A stretch of 64,000 nt of DNA, taken from NCBI RefSeq assembly GCF_006345805.1, contig NC_042998.1, positions 116,002,001 through 116,066,000 on the forward strand, written 5' to 3'. The notes under the pieces are model-generated. The model did not search any database, had not been told where the DNA came from, and saw nothing but the letters and a program-made list of their open reading frames with translations. The first letter of the stretch is position 1. Every line of letters begins with the position of its first letter. Made by a program: the position numbers and the translations under genes. Below, in pieces: positions 51,773-64,000 of this stretch. The stretch comes from Octopus sinensis (lineage: Eukaryota).

Positions 51773-51783
51773 ACGCACACACA

Positions 51784-51830
<47 letters not shown>

Positions 51831-52033
51831 TAATATCGTAAATATGAGGGTAATAAAGTAATATAATTTATTACCAGTGGTTAGCATGCATAAATAAAAG
51901 TCATAAGACATAACATACTTTTAAAAAACATAAAGTTTATAAAATGTTTGTATACACAGAGAGGAACACATTGACAGGACTCGTTACATGCTAGAAAGTG
52001 CAGTTAAAACCCAAACCATGTATGTATGTATAT

Positions 52034-52065
<32 letters not shown>

Positions 52066-52289
52066 CACGCACACATACATACACAATATATGAACTCCTA
52101 TAGGTATATGTACGTATACATTAATACAGATCAGTGAAAATGAGTGCTCAACAACGCATTAGGGGTTAAATATTCTTTATTCGTGAGGTAACCAGACTAC
52201 CATTGTTTTTCTGCTCGGAGGGATATCTCTCAACAAATGTTCAAGTCTGTAACTGGGCGCCTCCGTCTTGGATATGGGATGTTGTTATA

Positions 52290-52510
52290 CATTACTGGTC
52301 ACAATGCGCTTTACATCGTTTCAGCTGTCGAATGTTACCACTCTGCTGGAAAGGGGAGCAAGCCCACATTCTCCTTGGTCGCAAAACTAGTTCGTAAGAG
52401 GATTACCCATTAACAGCTGAGTCTCCTGGGGCAACGTGAAATGAAGTGTTTTGTTCAAGAACACATTGCGCTGCTAGTTCGTTATGGAATCGAACCCACG
52501 ATCTCCCGAT
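52290..52510 (-). mobile_element. SINE (family C core plus tRNA-like head)
   Basis: AACAGCTGAGT...GCAACGTGAAATGAAGTGTTTTGTTCAAGAACACA...GGAATCGAACCCACGATC. Confidence 0.7.
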
Positions 52511-52956
52511 TTATAAGTTTTATAAGTATATATATGAATACAGATATGTGAGTGTGTGTGTGCGTACACACACATACACACACACACAAACGCACACACC
52601 CATAAACAAAAATAAGAGAGATAACTTAGAGCGGCCAGTGACATTTGAAGAACATAGATAAATGCATTTACTTCAAATACCTTACAACATGAAATAATGG
52701 TCTATCAAAATCAGAAGGGGAGATAATCTTAAGCTTCAAGGAATCTCCAAAACTGATATGCCATTAAGTAAAATGACGAGTTAACTTCGAAGAAATTCTT
52801 AAATTTTAAGGTCATCTCCCCTTCTATTGGATCTTATTTGTCATTCGGTAATTATGGTCCATGCTCCAGAGATGGAGAAACTTAACAAATCAAGAATCTA
52901 TTTTCCCTGCATTTCGATTTTTCGTTCCTCCCACTCTCGCATTCTCTCTCTCTCTC

Positions 52957-53011
<55 letters not shown>

Positions 53012-54531
53012 TTACAAGTTGAGCAAAAGTGTGTTACGCTGCTATATGAGTATATAGATATAAAAATTGGAACAAAAACGCAACAGAGGACAATAAAACA
53101 TCCGGACGGATAGACGATACAAAAACGGACACGAAGACTGATGAAAGGAGGCCCTGAATGGACCGTCTTTTTTTTCCTGTCCCTTTATTTGCTTTTGTAC
53201 TGTTTATCCGTCTGCTTATAAATTTATATACATAACAGACAAGGCAGCAATCTGGCAGAGCCGTGAGCGCATTGTACAAAATATTTAGTGCTACTTTCCC
53301 TAGCTCATTTAGTTCTGAACTAAAATTGCCACTAGGTTGACTTTGGCTTTCATGTTTCTGTGTGATAAAATAGGTATTGTGCGTTTAGGTATAATAAAAA
53401 TTACTTTTACATATGTACACAAATACTGCTCTTTTCCTCTCAATTCACGCATGACGACGCTTCATAAACATTGCTGATATTTGTTTATGGTTTCCAATGA
53501 TTATTATGCAAACAGTTACTGAACCAGATATCTTTCAGCATAGTCTGCTTCGTATGAACCCTTATCTCTTCCAACGACTCTCTTTTTTAATTTTGTGTTT
53601 GTTATTATTGCTTCTGTTGTTGTTGTTGTTGTTGTTCTTCTTCTTCTTCTTCTTATTCTTATTCTCCTCCTCCTCCTCCTCCTCCTTCTTCTTCTACTAT
53701 TTCTTCTTCTCTCTAATCATCAGCTTATAGTTTATGATGCCTGAACACCCACTAAATATATCTTCAAGATTTTTAGTAATCTGGTGAAACGAATTTCAGT
53801 TCAATGTGAGTTTGATGCATATTTATAATTAAATTCTCTTTTTCCTTTCAAATATAATGACGTAAAGCAGTTTTAAATAACCGAAATAGTTTGTCTTTTT
53901 CTTCATATTTGACTGCTGTTGTTTCTTGTAACTTGTATGCCCTCAGCATTTACCTGAATGATTTTATATCTTCCTTCCTTCTTTCCTTTCTTCTTTGTCC
54001 TTTTATTTTACCTCTATCTCATTGGTTTCAAATTCATGGAACAATTTTTTCCACCTTACTTTTTCTATTCTTAATTCGTTCGCTCTTCCTACACATCCTT
54101 CATGTTCTCTTTTATTCTCTCACTTCATTCAAATGTCCATATTACAGTGTAGATTAGACCTAACCTCAACTCATCCATCTATATATATTTCACAGATTTT
54201 ATTACTAGAACTAAGTCATTCCACATTTAGCTCAACACATCAAGCTATAAACATTGCGGAATAGGTTAAGGAATATATTAAAAATCGAAATGGTAAGGAT
54301 AAAGACAGTAGCTTTTAATATCAATAGAGAAAAAGATAAATAATTTTCATCACTATTCAGTTTTTTAGTATAGATACAAACAGATTTATGACATCATATG
54401 TCAGAGATTATGTTGGTATTTTATTTATATTGGTCACGAGTAGGAAATTGCATTTAAGATTCATGCACCCACTTTTCTATTGAGATTGACCCATATTCAT
54501 ACGTACTTGTTTTGAGATTTTATGTGCATGT

Positions 54532-54613
<82 letters not shown>

Positions 54614-54672
54614 TGTGTGTATGACAAACTGCTATAAATATATTAATTAAACTGTACGATTGATTTACATAC

Positions 54673-54870
54673 CTTTTCGATAAGTTCTCTCACCATCCCA
54701 TTCCAATCACCTGTTTTATCATTTGGTGCACCGTATGTGCCATCTTTAACAATATAAACTGTGTAGTTAAATTTCAGTTTCAGTGCAATTTCTCGTAGTA
54801 AATCGATTGCAAATCCTTGATAAGTTTTCTTGCCACTCTCTTCTTCCTTTAGCATGGCATAGGGAGGTTC
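54673..54870 (-). CDS. Ionotropic glutamate receptor (non-NMDA, kainate/AMPA-like), internal exon encoding first part of S1 ligand-binding domain
   Basis: 198-bp phase 0-0 exon, acceptor tgtcttatag|GAA, donor AAG|gtatgt. Translation EPPYAMLKEEESGKKTYQGFAIDLLREIALKLKFNYTVYIVKDGTYGAPNDKTGDWNGMVRELIEK matches the iGluR S1 signature (GluK2-type EEPY...GYCIDLLREL...DGKYGA...WNGMVRELI). Confidence 0.96.
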
Positions 54871-55134
54871 CTATAAGACAATGAGAACAATCATTAATAA
54901 TACTTTCAGAGTAATAATGTGTTTATTATAAGATGGTAAAAAACGACATTTTATAATTTGGTTTTGGTCTCCAATATTGGATGAAGACAGATAAAGATAT
55001 AAGATTGCTGTTGCTATCTCATTATTATTGGACAAATCATTATGCATCGGTCAAAATTCCTATTATTTAATTTTCGGCTCTATATGCATGAGTTGAAATA
55101 TTTCTGACGTCAAATATCCGTTTACTTTTTTTAT

Positions 55135-55492
55135 CTTTTATCTTTTGCTTGTTTTTACCCTTTGACTACCACCATACTGGAGCACTGTCTTGAATGGTTT
55201 ATAGTCGAACAAATCCATCCCAGGACTTAGATTTCTTAAAGGCTGGTATTTATCCTATCGGTCCCTTTTGCAGAATCGCCAAGTTACGGGGACGTAAACA
55301 AAACAATATCGGTTGTCAAGCGGTAGTGGAGGGTAGACAGGTACAAACACAAACACACAAACACACACATATACGATGAGCTTCTTTCAGTTACCGTTTA
55401 CCAAATCCACTCACAAGGCATTGATCGTTGTGGGACTGAACTCGGAACTTATGTGGTTGGGAGGCAAGATTCTTACCACACAGCCACGCCTG
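55135..55492 (-). mobile_element. SINE family A
   Basis: AAGTTACGGGGACGTAAAC...CCAAATCCACTCACAAGGC...GGGACTGAAC...ACCACACAGCCACGCC. Confidence 0.85.
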
Positions 55493-55648
55493 TGACCCTA
55501 TAAGTGTTTGATTTAATTGCTAACACTTCACTATATTTTTAATCTTGTGTGGATTTAAGAAGAAATTTCACCTTTAATGTGCGTAGTTTGATAAACACAT
55601 CACATCTAGAAAGAAGAATGTATAAAACATACTATGTAACAATGCATT

Positions 55649-55701
55649 AAGTGATATCATCTACCTTGCAATCGTAGATTGCAAGGTAGATGATATAACT
55701 T
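55649..55701. repeat. 53-bp hairpin (25-bp arms, 3-nt loop, 1 mismatch)
   Basis: AAGTGATATCATCTACCTTGCAATC-GTA-GATTGCAAGGTAGATGATATAACTT. Confidence 0.92.
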
Positions 55702-58204
55702 ATAATCTTAAGATTCTGCACATTATAGACAATTCATATTGTCTAAAAGTTATCATGTACTATTTCCCGGTTTCTCTATATAAAGTTCCGTAGTATTTTG
55801 TCAATATTATTTTCTAAGTCACGTTAGGGTTCATATAAGTGGCAGATATTTCTTTCTTGAAATGGATGAAACTGAGTGGCTAGACTTAAGTTTAAAAGAT
55901 TTGTCATATTAATATGTCTCTAAGTATATTTAATCGAATTAAGTGCAGAACATCCTCATTCCATATAGTGTTGCTTCAGAGATTTCAACTATACATACAC
56001 CATTTACCATATATAATATTGGATAGTTCTTTCAAAGTGTTATGATACACTCTTCTTTCAGTAAATGTTGATGCTTCTGTTGCCGCAATCAGACTGGATT
56101 TGCTTATTTGTCTCAGTAATAAGTTTTTTAGTTTTATATGTCTACCCTTCATAAATATCTTTATCACTTTAAGAATATTTGCTGATGTTCTCTTTAAAGC
56201 AACAGTAAAAAAACGTCCTTCAGTTCTTTTTAGTTATATATCTATATATTTTGTGTTTAAAATTTCCATGGAGACGCTCGTCTTTTTTCATAGCGAATAT
56301 AATGACATAAATAACAGTGAAGTAATTTTATTGTTTTCATATAAACTCTCATTAATTTGGAGATCTTGTACATATATAAGACATGATTATGACTACTAGT
56401 AATGACGGTAATAATATCAGTAATTATAAATAGATGTTTTCAAACAAATATACAGAATTTCGTTGTTGTAACAACCCAAAGCTAATGAAGAGGCAGGAGT
56501 CATTGAGTGACAGTAAAAATGCCTTCCAGTATTTAATAATGTAACTTTATATACACTGTTTAACTTTCATTCTTCATTGTTCGATAAATTAAAGGACCAG
56601 TCAAATACTGTGTCAATTTTAATCGACTATATTCAACCCTCTTGTTTTATGATTTCATACTTTATGATAGAAATTCTTATAGAACTATGCAATGTTTCTA
56701 CTTCTTTCACACTTGCACTTGACTATTTTACCTAAGTCAAAACTGGTTGCGGATATTTAATTGATTATGCGCATGTTTCATTTTCACGATTTGAAAATTA
56801 GATTTATTTCCATTACATCAACATTTGTTGTTGCAGTATTTCATTTCCTATTCGGCTTTGATAAAGGAAGACTTCAGATTAAGTACAGTCAGGTTATAAT
56901 TATTCTATTCTTTTTGCTCGTTTGATAACCCTGAACTGCATCATTTTTCAGTTTATCATTTGAAGACAAAGAAGACGTGATGTATTTGGCTATTATTTCT
57001 GTCTGGTCAGGCAATTGGAAAGACATTCTATCGTTGACTCAAGTCAACCATTAGATATATTCAGTAAAAATTGCTGATTAATTAATTTTAATTCTTGATC
57101 TCTGAAAGTTTCATAGTTCTGAGTTTTATGAATTGATTCTAAATTTTATTAGAAATGGCTGACTGTTTTTCATTATTATATATGATTAAAATTTATATAT
57201 TATTAAATGTGTTAAACCTGTATTAGACATTTTATATCAACCTTACAAAATAACAATAAAAAAATAAAAACAAATTAATTTAATGTATCCGATTCAGTTC
57301 TGAGTTGAATTTACGATACATGATTCAGCTGGTTGATTATCGAATATATAAATGTGTAGCACACCACTTGGGTATTAGTTTTAAAATAATACCTCATTTT
57401 ATGAGAATTCATGTCTATAAAATAACCTTTAGTTTGAAGATCTATCGACATTTATAGAGCGATCAGGATTAACAACGTCTGCCGTATGAAAATATTGTGT
57501 CTGAATTATTTATTTAATTTAAATGTTGCACTTTGAAGATCTGTTAAATATATTTTCTTTTGAGAATCAACATAAACGTAAATGGATTTTCAGGTTTCAT
57601 ATGATCTTTACCACGGAAACACAACCAAAACACACCTGCAGATACATAGATGTGCATATATACACAGATAGAGAGCCAGATATACAATTGAAGAAACAAA
57701 TACATACATTACCATGATCAAATGTACACTAATATATGCAAGCGGAGGTTTGCAAATTTGTTCATAGAGTGTATCTGTGTATGTGATCTGTGCGTGGGCT
57801 TTTCGGGTCTGTAGGCAGGTGGAAATGTGTGTGTATGTTTGTGTGTAAACAAGTTCACGCAAAAACATTGCACTGCCCCCTCCCCCATACCTATGAATTA
57901 AAAAGAGATGCGTGTTTGTGTATGTATGAGCGGGCATGATTGTGTGTGTGATTCTGTGTGTGTGCATACATACATTTCATGCGTATATGTGTCTCTGAAG
58001 TACTTTGTATGCACATTTGGCTACTTTTTCTGTCTGAGTTGTAGTTCACTTGGGCAGTGTATACAATTAATAAAACGTTATCATTACTATTATGTAAATA
58101 TGTACTGCACAAAAAATATTAAGTAACATACATACATACATACATACATACATACATACATACATACGTACGTACACACATATACACATACATACACACA
58201 TACA

Positions 58205-58582
58205 AGTGACTGATAAGAAATTTGATTGCTAACCATATTGTTCCGAGTTCATTCTCATCTCACTGCTTGACACTTTGGTCAGGCGACTTCTCTCTTAAGC
58301 TTGAACCAATCAAAGCCTTGTGAGTGGATTTGGTAGACGAAAACTGTGTGTGTGTTTGTATGTGTGTTCGTGTGCTTTTTTCTGCTTTTGTCTTCCATCA
58401 CTGCTTGACAACCTGTGTTGGTTTATTTACGTCCCCTTAACTTAGGCGTTCGGCAAAAGTGATGATAGAATAAGTGATAAATTTTAAAAATGTACCGGAG
58501 GCTATTTATTGAACTAAAAACAATTTCTTCAAGGCGGTGGACCAACATGGCCGCAGCCTAAGGACTGGAACAAGTAAAAGAT
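58205..58582 (+). mobile_element. SINE family A
   Basis: CAAAGCCTTGTGAGTGGATTTGGTAGACG...TTTACGTCCCC...CAAGTAAAAGA. Confidence 0.82.
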
Positions 58583-60105
58583 AATATATATATATATGTA
58601 TGTATCTATGTATATATGTATGTAGGTATATATATGTATGTATGTATATATGTATTAGAAATTATTAGCTCACAAGAAGTAAATAGGTAGTTAAATATTG
58701 TACTGAAACTTTGAGGGCTAAATGAAAATGTTCATTTTATTAACGCGAGAAATCATGAGCACTTTGCTTTAAAACAAAGCTCATTTGAGCCATATGACAA
58801 CGATCATTTGTAATATATTACACTACATATCACAAACGTTAACTAGTTGGGGAAAAGTAGTGAAAAAGACCAGCCTACTCTACAAATTTGTTTTAAAAAG
58901 AAGGAAATAATAAAGTAATGAACAGAAACGAAAATCAGCAAAATATTACGCTAAATCAAACACGCAGGCAACATATACATGTCAAAAACAAAAACCAAAT
59001 ATGCACCCAACAGATAGTATATACATCTGACAGCTACAACTCATTTTTTAATGTAGACGTCTACACCAGACACATTGACCTCCTCTAGTATATAAAACCC
59101 TCCAAAATGACTTCCTTTTGAAAATGTGCATAAGAAGTTCAAGAAATGTTGGTGATGAATATTCTAACTTTGGAGTTGAAAGAAACTTCCATAAATTCAT
59201 ATGATATGCACAAAATCAACATGATTAAAAGGCCTCTTTTAAAATCCTGTAGTAGTTATAATTAAATTTATATTTAAGTCAATGCAACAAAGCTAAATGC
59301 AAAATTCTGCCTTATACAGAAAAATATATAACTTTACGAAATAACAGCAGAATACGAAATATTTTCAAAGATATTCTTGAAGAAATTGATATTACGCCAA
59401 ATACAAACACCACATCAAGATAGAGAAGACAAAACATGAACCAAGAGTCTACATTTGGGAAAAGATATTGATAAATCATAAGTCATAAAACAAAAACAAA
59501 AATGACACTAGTAAACAATCTATATTCGTTTCTTGATGATGATATAGATATCTCTTTCTTGATGACCTGGACACAAATAGAATCCTCAAACACTACAAAG
59601 CAAAATTGCTTTTCCCACAAAGGAAAATCAAATTCTGAAGCTCCCACAGCATAATCTCAGTCGAAACCAAACTCTACTTCTCACCCTCAGTAGCAACTTC
59701 TACTTACAATCGAAATATGATGACCACAGGAAGCACTAGATGAATGCTATTCTTCTATGTTAACTAGACGGGTAATGCAATAATATATACCCAGAAAACG
59801 ATATACAAATATTCAACACGAATGTTTTGAAAATACTGTATATTACATAAATATTGATCATGGGTACTTCTAACATATTTAACATCTGTAGAATTTACTA
59901 GGTCAGAGATTTACATGGAAATGTTTGCTGATGGCCGCTCTCCCATTTGATAAAGTTAAACGGTTCAACATTTTATAGATACTTCTCGGTGTCAGCTATA
60001 AGATTTAGTCAACGAAAGTTCATCCAATGCATGAATAGCATTGAGCATGATGCTCTATACTACTTCGCGTTTTTGGTGTCCTTTTTAATTATCGTTATTT
60101 CTCTG

Positions 60106-60137
<32 letters not shown>

Positions 60138-60210
60138 CGTGTGCACATACACATATATAAATATTTATGTATTTGCATATATATAGAATGAATCATACAA
60201 ACACATGTAG

Positions 60211-60246
<36 letters not shown>

Positions 60247-60284
60247 ATATGATAGATCACCATGATAGATCCCTAGACACTAAA

Positions 60285-60445
60285 CCTTTTTCTATTTTCT
60301 CCCCCTGTTTATTTCTGCGTTCCTTTCTGTCGAAGAGGGTAGGCGGAAACGTAAAAGACGTTCTCACTTCCCGAGCGTTAAAGTAATACATCTGTTTGTT
60401 GTTTACACACTCGATTTCGTCTTTTGATTTTTTGTAAATTCTCAC
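60285..60445 (+). mobile_element. Second copy of the 24.1-kb pLTR-like repeat with variant hammerhead motif
   Basis: CTTT-CTGTCGA-AGAGGGTAGGCG-GAAAC-GTA-AAAG at 60323-60357, then CCCGAGCGTTAAAGTAATAC; flanked by (TA)n. Confidence 0.6.
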
Positions 60446-61120
60446 TATATATATATATATATATATAATATATATATATATATATACATTTATATGTTAG
60501 GCATACATATGTGTGTGTGCATGGGTCGGATTGCGCATGGGCATGTATAGTATCTATGCAATTTACTCACATATATTTAAGCCTATTTCCACCAATAACA
60601 TATCCGAAATCATAAAAATGATACAAAAATTAAAAATATCGTCTGAAAATGGGAAGAAATATCATGAAATCAATAAAATATTTCTATATGTTTATGAAAA
60701 AAATTTGTTGGCAGAAATAACGGTGACTAATATGCAAAAAACAAACTACTCGTGATGAGACTGAACAACAAGACAAGACAGAAAATAACGGTTGAAGATA
60801 GTAAGAAATATGTATTAAATCGACAGTATTATGCAAGTTTCAGTAAAATAAAGCATCTGCTTGTGACAAAACAGATAATGTGAGCCACTTTGCAATAACA
60901 AAGTTATCTTTGTGTTTTGTCCATTAAATTTTTAGAAAAATATCTAAAAGAATATTCTAAGAGACTGTGAATAACATCCTTTTTTAGTGACTAAGGCAAA
61001 CAAGATAGGTCTCGCTAAGTACAATACATCTGTTACGGTGAGTGTAGCTAATTGACACCTTGAAGTTCTAGAATTTCAAGATATACATACATATATATAT
61101 ATATAGTGAGAGAGAGAGAG

Positions 61121-61270
61121 AGTTGTGGCCAAAAGTTTGAAGTATATTTCCAAACATTAAAATTCTTATGTCCAAGTACGGTTCGATTTCAATATATGCA
61201 ACTTATATATTTGGCATTTGATATAAAAATTCTAATTTTAAGACCTACGTCTCAAAGTTTTGACCACAAT
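61121..61270. mobile_element. Tc1/mariner-type MITE (~150 bp)
   Basis: Terminal inverted repeats AGTTGTGGCCAAAAGTTTGA / TCAAAGTTTTGACCACAAT resembling Tc1-type TIRs; imperfect pairing extends inward ~60 bp. Confidence 0.65.
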
Positions 61271-61278
61271 TATATATG

Positions 61279-61338
<60 letters not shown>

Positions 61339-61584
61339 ATATATATTCAGCAAAAACTATTAAGATTCAAGTGAATTGCAATGAATTCAAATGAATATGG
61401 TACTTAACTTAGATGCACCAGAATTCTTTATGGTGTTAACCATAACATAATGTGAGGTGATTATAACCAAGAAGAAAGCATTTGTATTTGCTGCAATATT
61501 TGCAGCTTCAAATAAAATTGCTCTTAGTATGAAACAATTGTACTAAACTACTAATCCATTCTTGTTGCTTTTTTCTTGGTTTTA

Positions 61585-61826
<242 letters not shown>

Positions 61827-62791
61827 ATTGTTGCATTTTCCGGCATCGCACCCCCTCTGCTGTCACTTCCGGCTGCTTCGCGCAAAATTTGTTGCTGATT
61901 GCCATCTACCACCTTCCCTAAGACTTCTGCAAGAATATACACAACTAGCGCCATCAACTAATGCTACCACGACATCTACCAGTCTTGCCATTGCCGACTA
62001 CCCTGATGTAGACAACAACATCACCCGCTATAACTTTTACCAAAGCATTCACCACCATGGACAACCAAATTTACCAACACCGCTTCCACCCTACAGTTGG
62101 TTCTCACCATCCCTTCTACCACCATTCCAAATGTGACTTCCAACGCACCAACGACACTAACACGTGGGGAGCTCCCGCTACCAGTACAAGCAACTGACTA
62201 TCCAAATTAGTGTCAGGATCTATCTAAATACACATTTCTTTGATGTATACTTCTGAAGAAATACGAAGCTCTATATAAAACTTCCAGCTCTGTTAGAAGT
62301 TTACCTTATTTTTTCATTTCATTTATTATTCTATGTCTCTAAGAAATCTTCAGGCTCAGAAGCCTGAAGTTTGCTAAGATACACAAGGTACGTTATATAA
62401 TCTGCCTAAAGTCCGGGTATCTTTAGCAAGAAACTATTACTAGCTCTTATTGTAAATACTGTTGATTTTAATTATTTTTGTCTCTCACTGCTTGGAGTAC
62501 ACTTTGCTGATGATACCGTAACTGAAAGTTAACTATATACATATATATTCATACATACATACATATATATACACACACATATATATATATATATACATAT
62601 ATATATACATACAGGAATACATATATATATACGTATATATATACATTTATACATACATATATATAAACATATATAATATATATACATATCTATATCTCTC
62701 TCTCTCTATATATACACATATGTATACACATATATATATATGTATATATATGTATGTATGTATACACACACATACGCACACACACAAACAG

Positions 62792-62831
<40 letters not shown>

Positions 62832-63394
62832 GTACTTACACAGACACACACACAAACAGACACAGTCACACATATACAATTAGTAGCGATGGAATTGGCA
62901 TATTCAAATTAACATAGATGCGTTGTTAGAACACAGAAAACTGCGCTTTTGGTATTGAAAAATTGTCTCTTATACGCGCTTGGTGCATAAACGCAGGCAG
63001 ATAGATCGTAACAGAGGAGAACTGTTTGTCATGGGTGTCGGAATTGCTATATCATTTGATTTCATTCTTGGGGAAAATCATCATTTGGAAGTGTCCTGTC
63101 ACTCTATGTCAGTCAAATCTCACTGCTACGATGTGCAGAATCTCAGTATGCTTTCAGACTATTGTCACAAACAAACAGATGTTTTACTGAAAATTGATTT
63201 TTAGTGATGGAATCCGTATTACTACCACAAGGTGAACTTAATATCCAACTCAATGAGGATGTGTTGCTAGAACACTGGGTACTCGTTATTTGCCTTGAGG
63301 CATCCTCTCATATAGGCGCTTGGCATATCGGCTATATGCGACATCCGTGTCTGAAAGAACGCTGATATTCTATATATCATTAGTAGTCTGCTTT

Positions 63395-63765
63395 GAATAG
63401 TATGCAGATTGCTTAGCAACCACATTGTTCCGGGATCAGTCCCACTGTGTGGCACCTTAGGCAAGTGTCTTCTACTATAGCCTCGGACCGATCAAAGCCT
63501 TGTGAGTGGATTTGGTAGACGTAAACTGAAAGAAGCCCGTCATATGTATGTATATACATATACGTATATATGTATTTGTGTGTCTGTTTGCACCCCCCCG
63601 AACATCGCTTGAAACCGATAATGGTGTGTTTACCTCCCCGTAACTAAGCATTTCGGCAAAAAAAACCGATAGAATAAGTACTAGAGTTACAAAGAATAAG
63701 TCCTAGGGTCGATTTGCTCGACTAAAGGCGGTGCTCCAGTATGGCCGCAGTTAAATGACATAAGG
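63395..63765 (+). mobile_element. SINE family A, near full length
   Basis: CAACCACATTGTTCCGGGATCAGTCCCACTGTGTGGCACCTTAGGCAAGTGTCTTCTACTATAGCCTCGG...GGCGGTGCTCCAG. Confidence 0.88.
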
Positions 63766-63867
63766 AACTAAAAATTTTGAAAATATGCAGCGAGAATATC
63801 GTTTACGTGATGGAAATGAATATTGCTAGAATGGTTATTATAATTTACAAGATTAAATAAATAACAT

Positions 63868-64000
63868 GGGTTCCTTTCGGTTTGAACGGCAGTTTTTCTA
63901 GCGGTGTCATATAAAATTGTCACCCATAATTATGACCCTAGTATCGATCTATTGTATTGCAATCTATTTTAGGGTTAGGGTTAGGGGTGGAGGAATGGTA
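63868..64000. repeat. Start of a probable interspersed repeat carrying telomere-like (TTAGGG)3
   Basis: TTAGGGTTAGGGTTAGGG at 63969-63986 after GGGTTCCTTTCGGTTTGAACGGCAGTTTTT; truncated by window end. Confidence 0.5.

Larger units (their letters stand above)
29527..54672 (-). other. 25.1-kb GT-AG phase-0 intron of the iGluR gene
   Basis: Bounded by the donor and acceptor above. The joined peptide ...RELIEK/NADLAV... is colinear with iGluR S1, so no intervening exon is required. Confidence 0.88.

Noticed and set aside
55985-59600. Faint Penelope-like remnants (LIAATEASTFTERRVYH at ~56.0 kb; YIRFLDD at ~59.5 kb)
   Set aside because: Too degenerate to delimit or call without alignment.

Overview
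AT-rich, microsatellite-dense animal genomic DNA. The SINE/LINE repertoire looks like octopus (coleoid cephalopod); this is inferred, not database-checked. The window appears to lie within one very large minus-strand gene for a non-NMDA (kainate/AMPA-like) ionotropic glutamate receptor. Two phase-0 coding exons of the S1 ligand-binding segment and pre-M1 are visible: 54870-54673 and 29526-29365, the second absent from the ORF track. They are separated by a 25.1-kb intron, and no other exons of the gene were found. The rest is decayed mobile elements: R4/Dong-, CR1-, Tx1/L1- and RTE-type LINEs, Penelope-like elements, mariner, Tc1, hAT, non-autonomous Helitrons, a MITE and at least three tRNA-derived SINE families. 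Most listed ORFs are microsatellite artefacts. The most interesting signals are (i) several minimal type-I hammerhead-ribozyme motifs in different repeat families, some with variant cores, (ii) a ~430-bp nested palindrome carrying two divergent tRNA-like units, (iii) a GGMSIT substitution in the receptor's agonist-binding motif and (iv) many fold-back structures in the pre-mRNA of a likely ADAR-edited neural gene.
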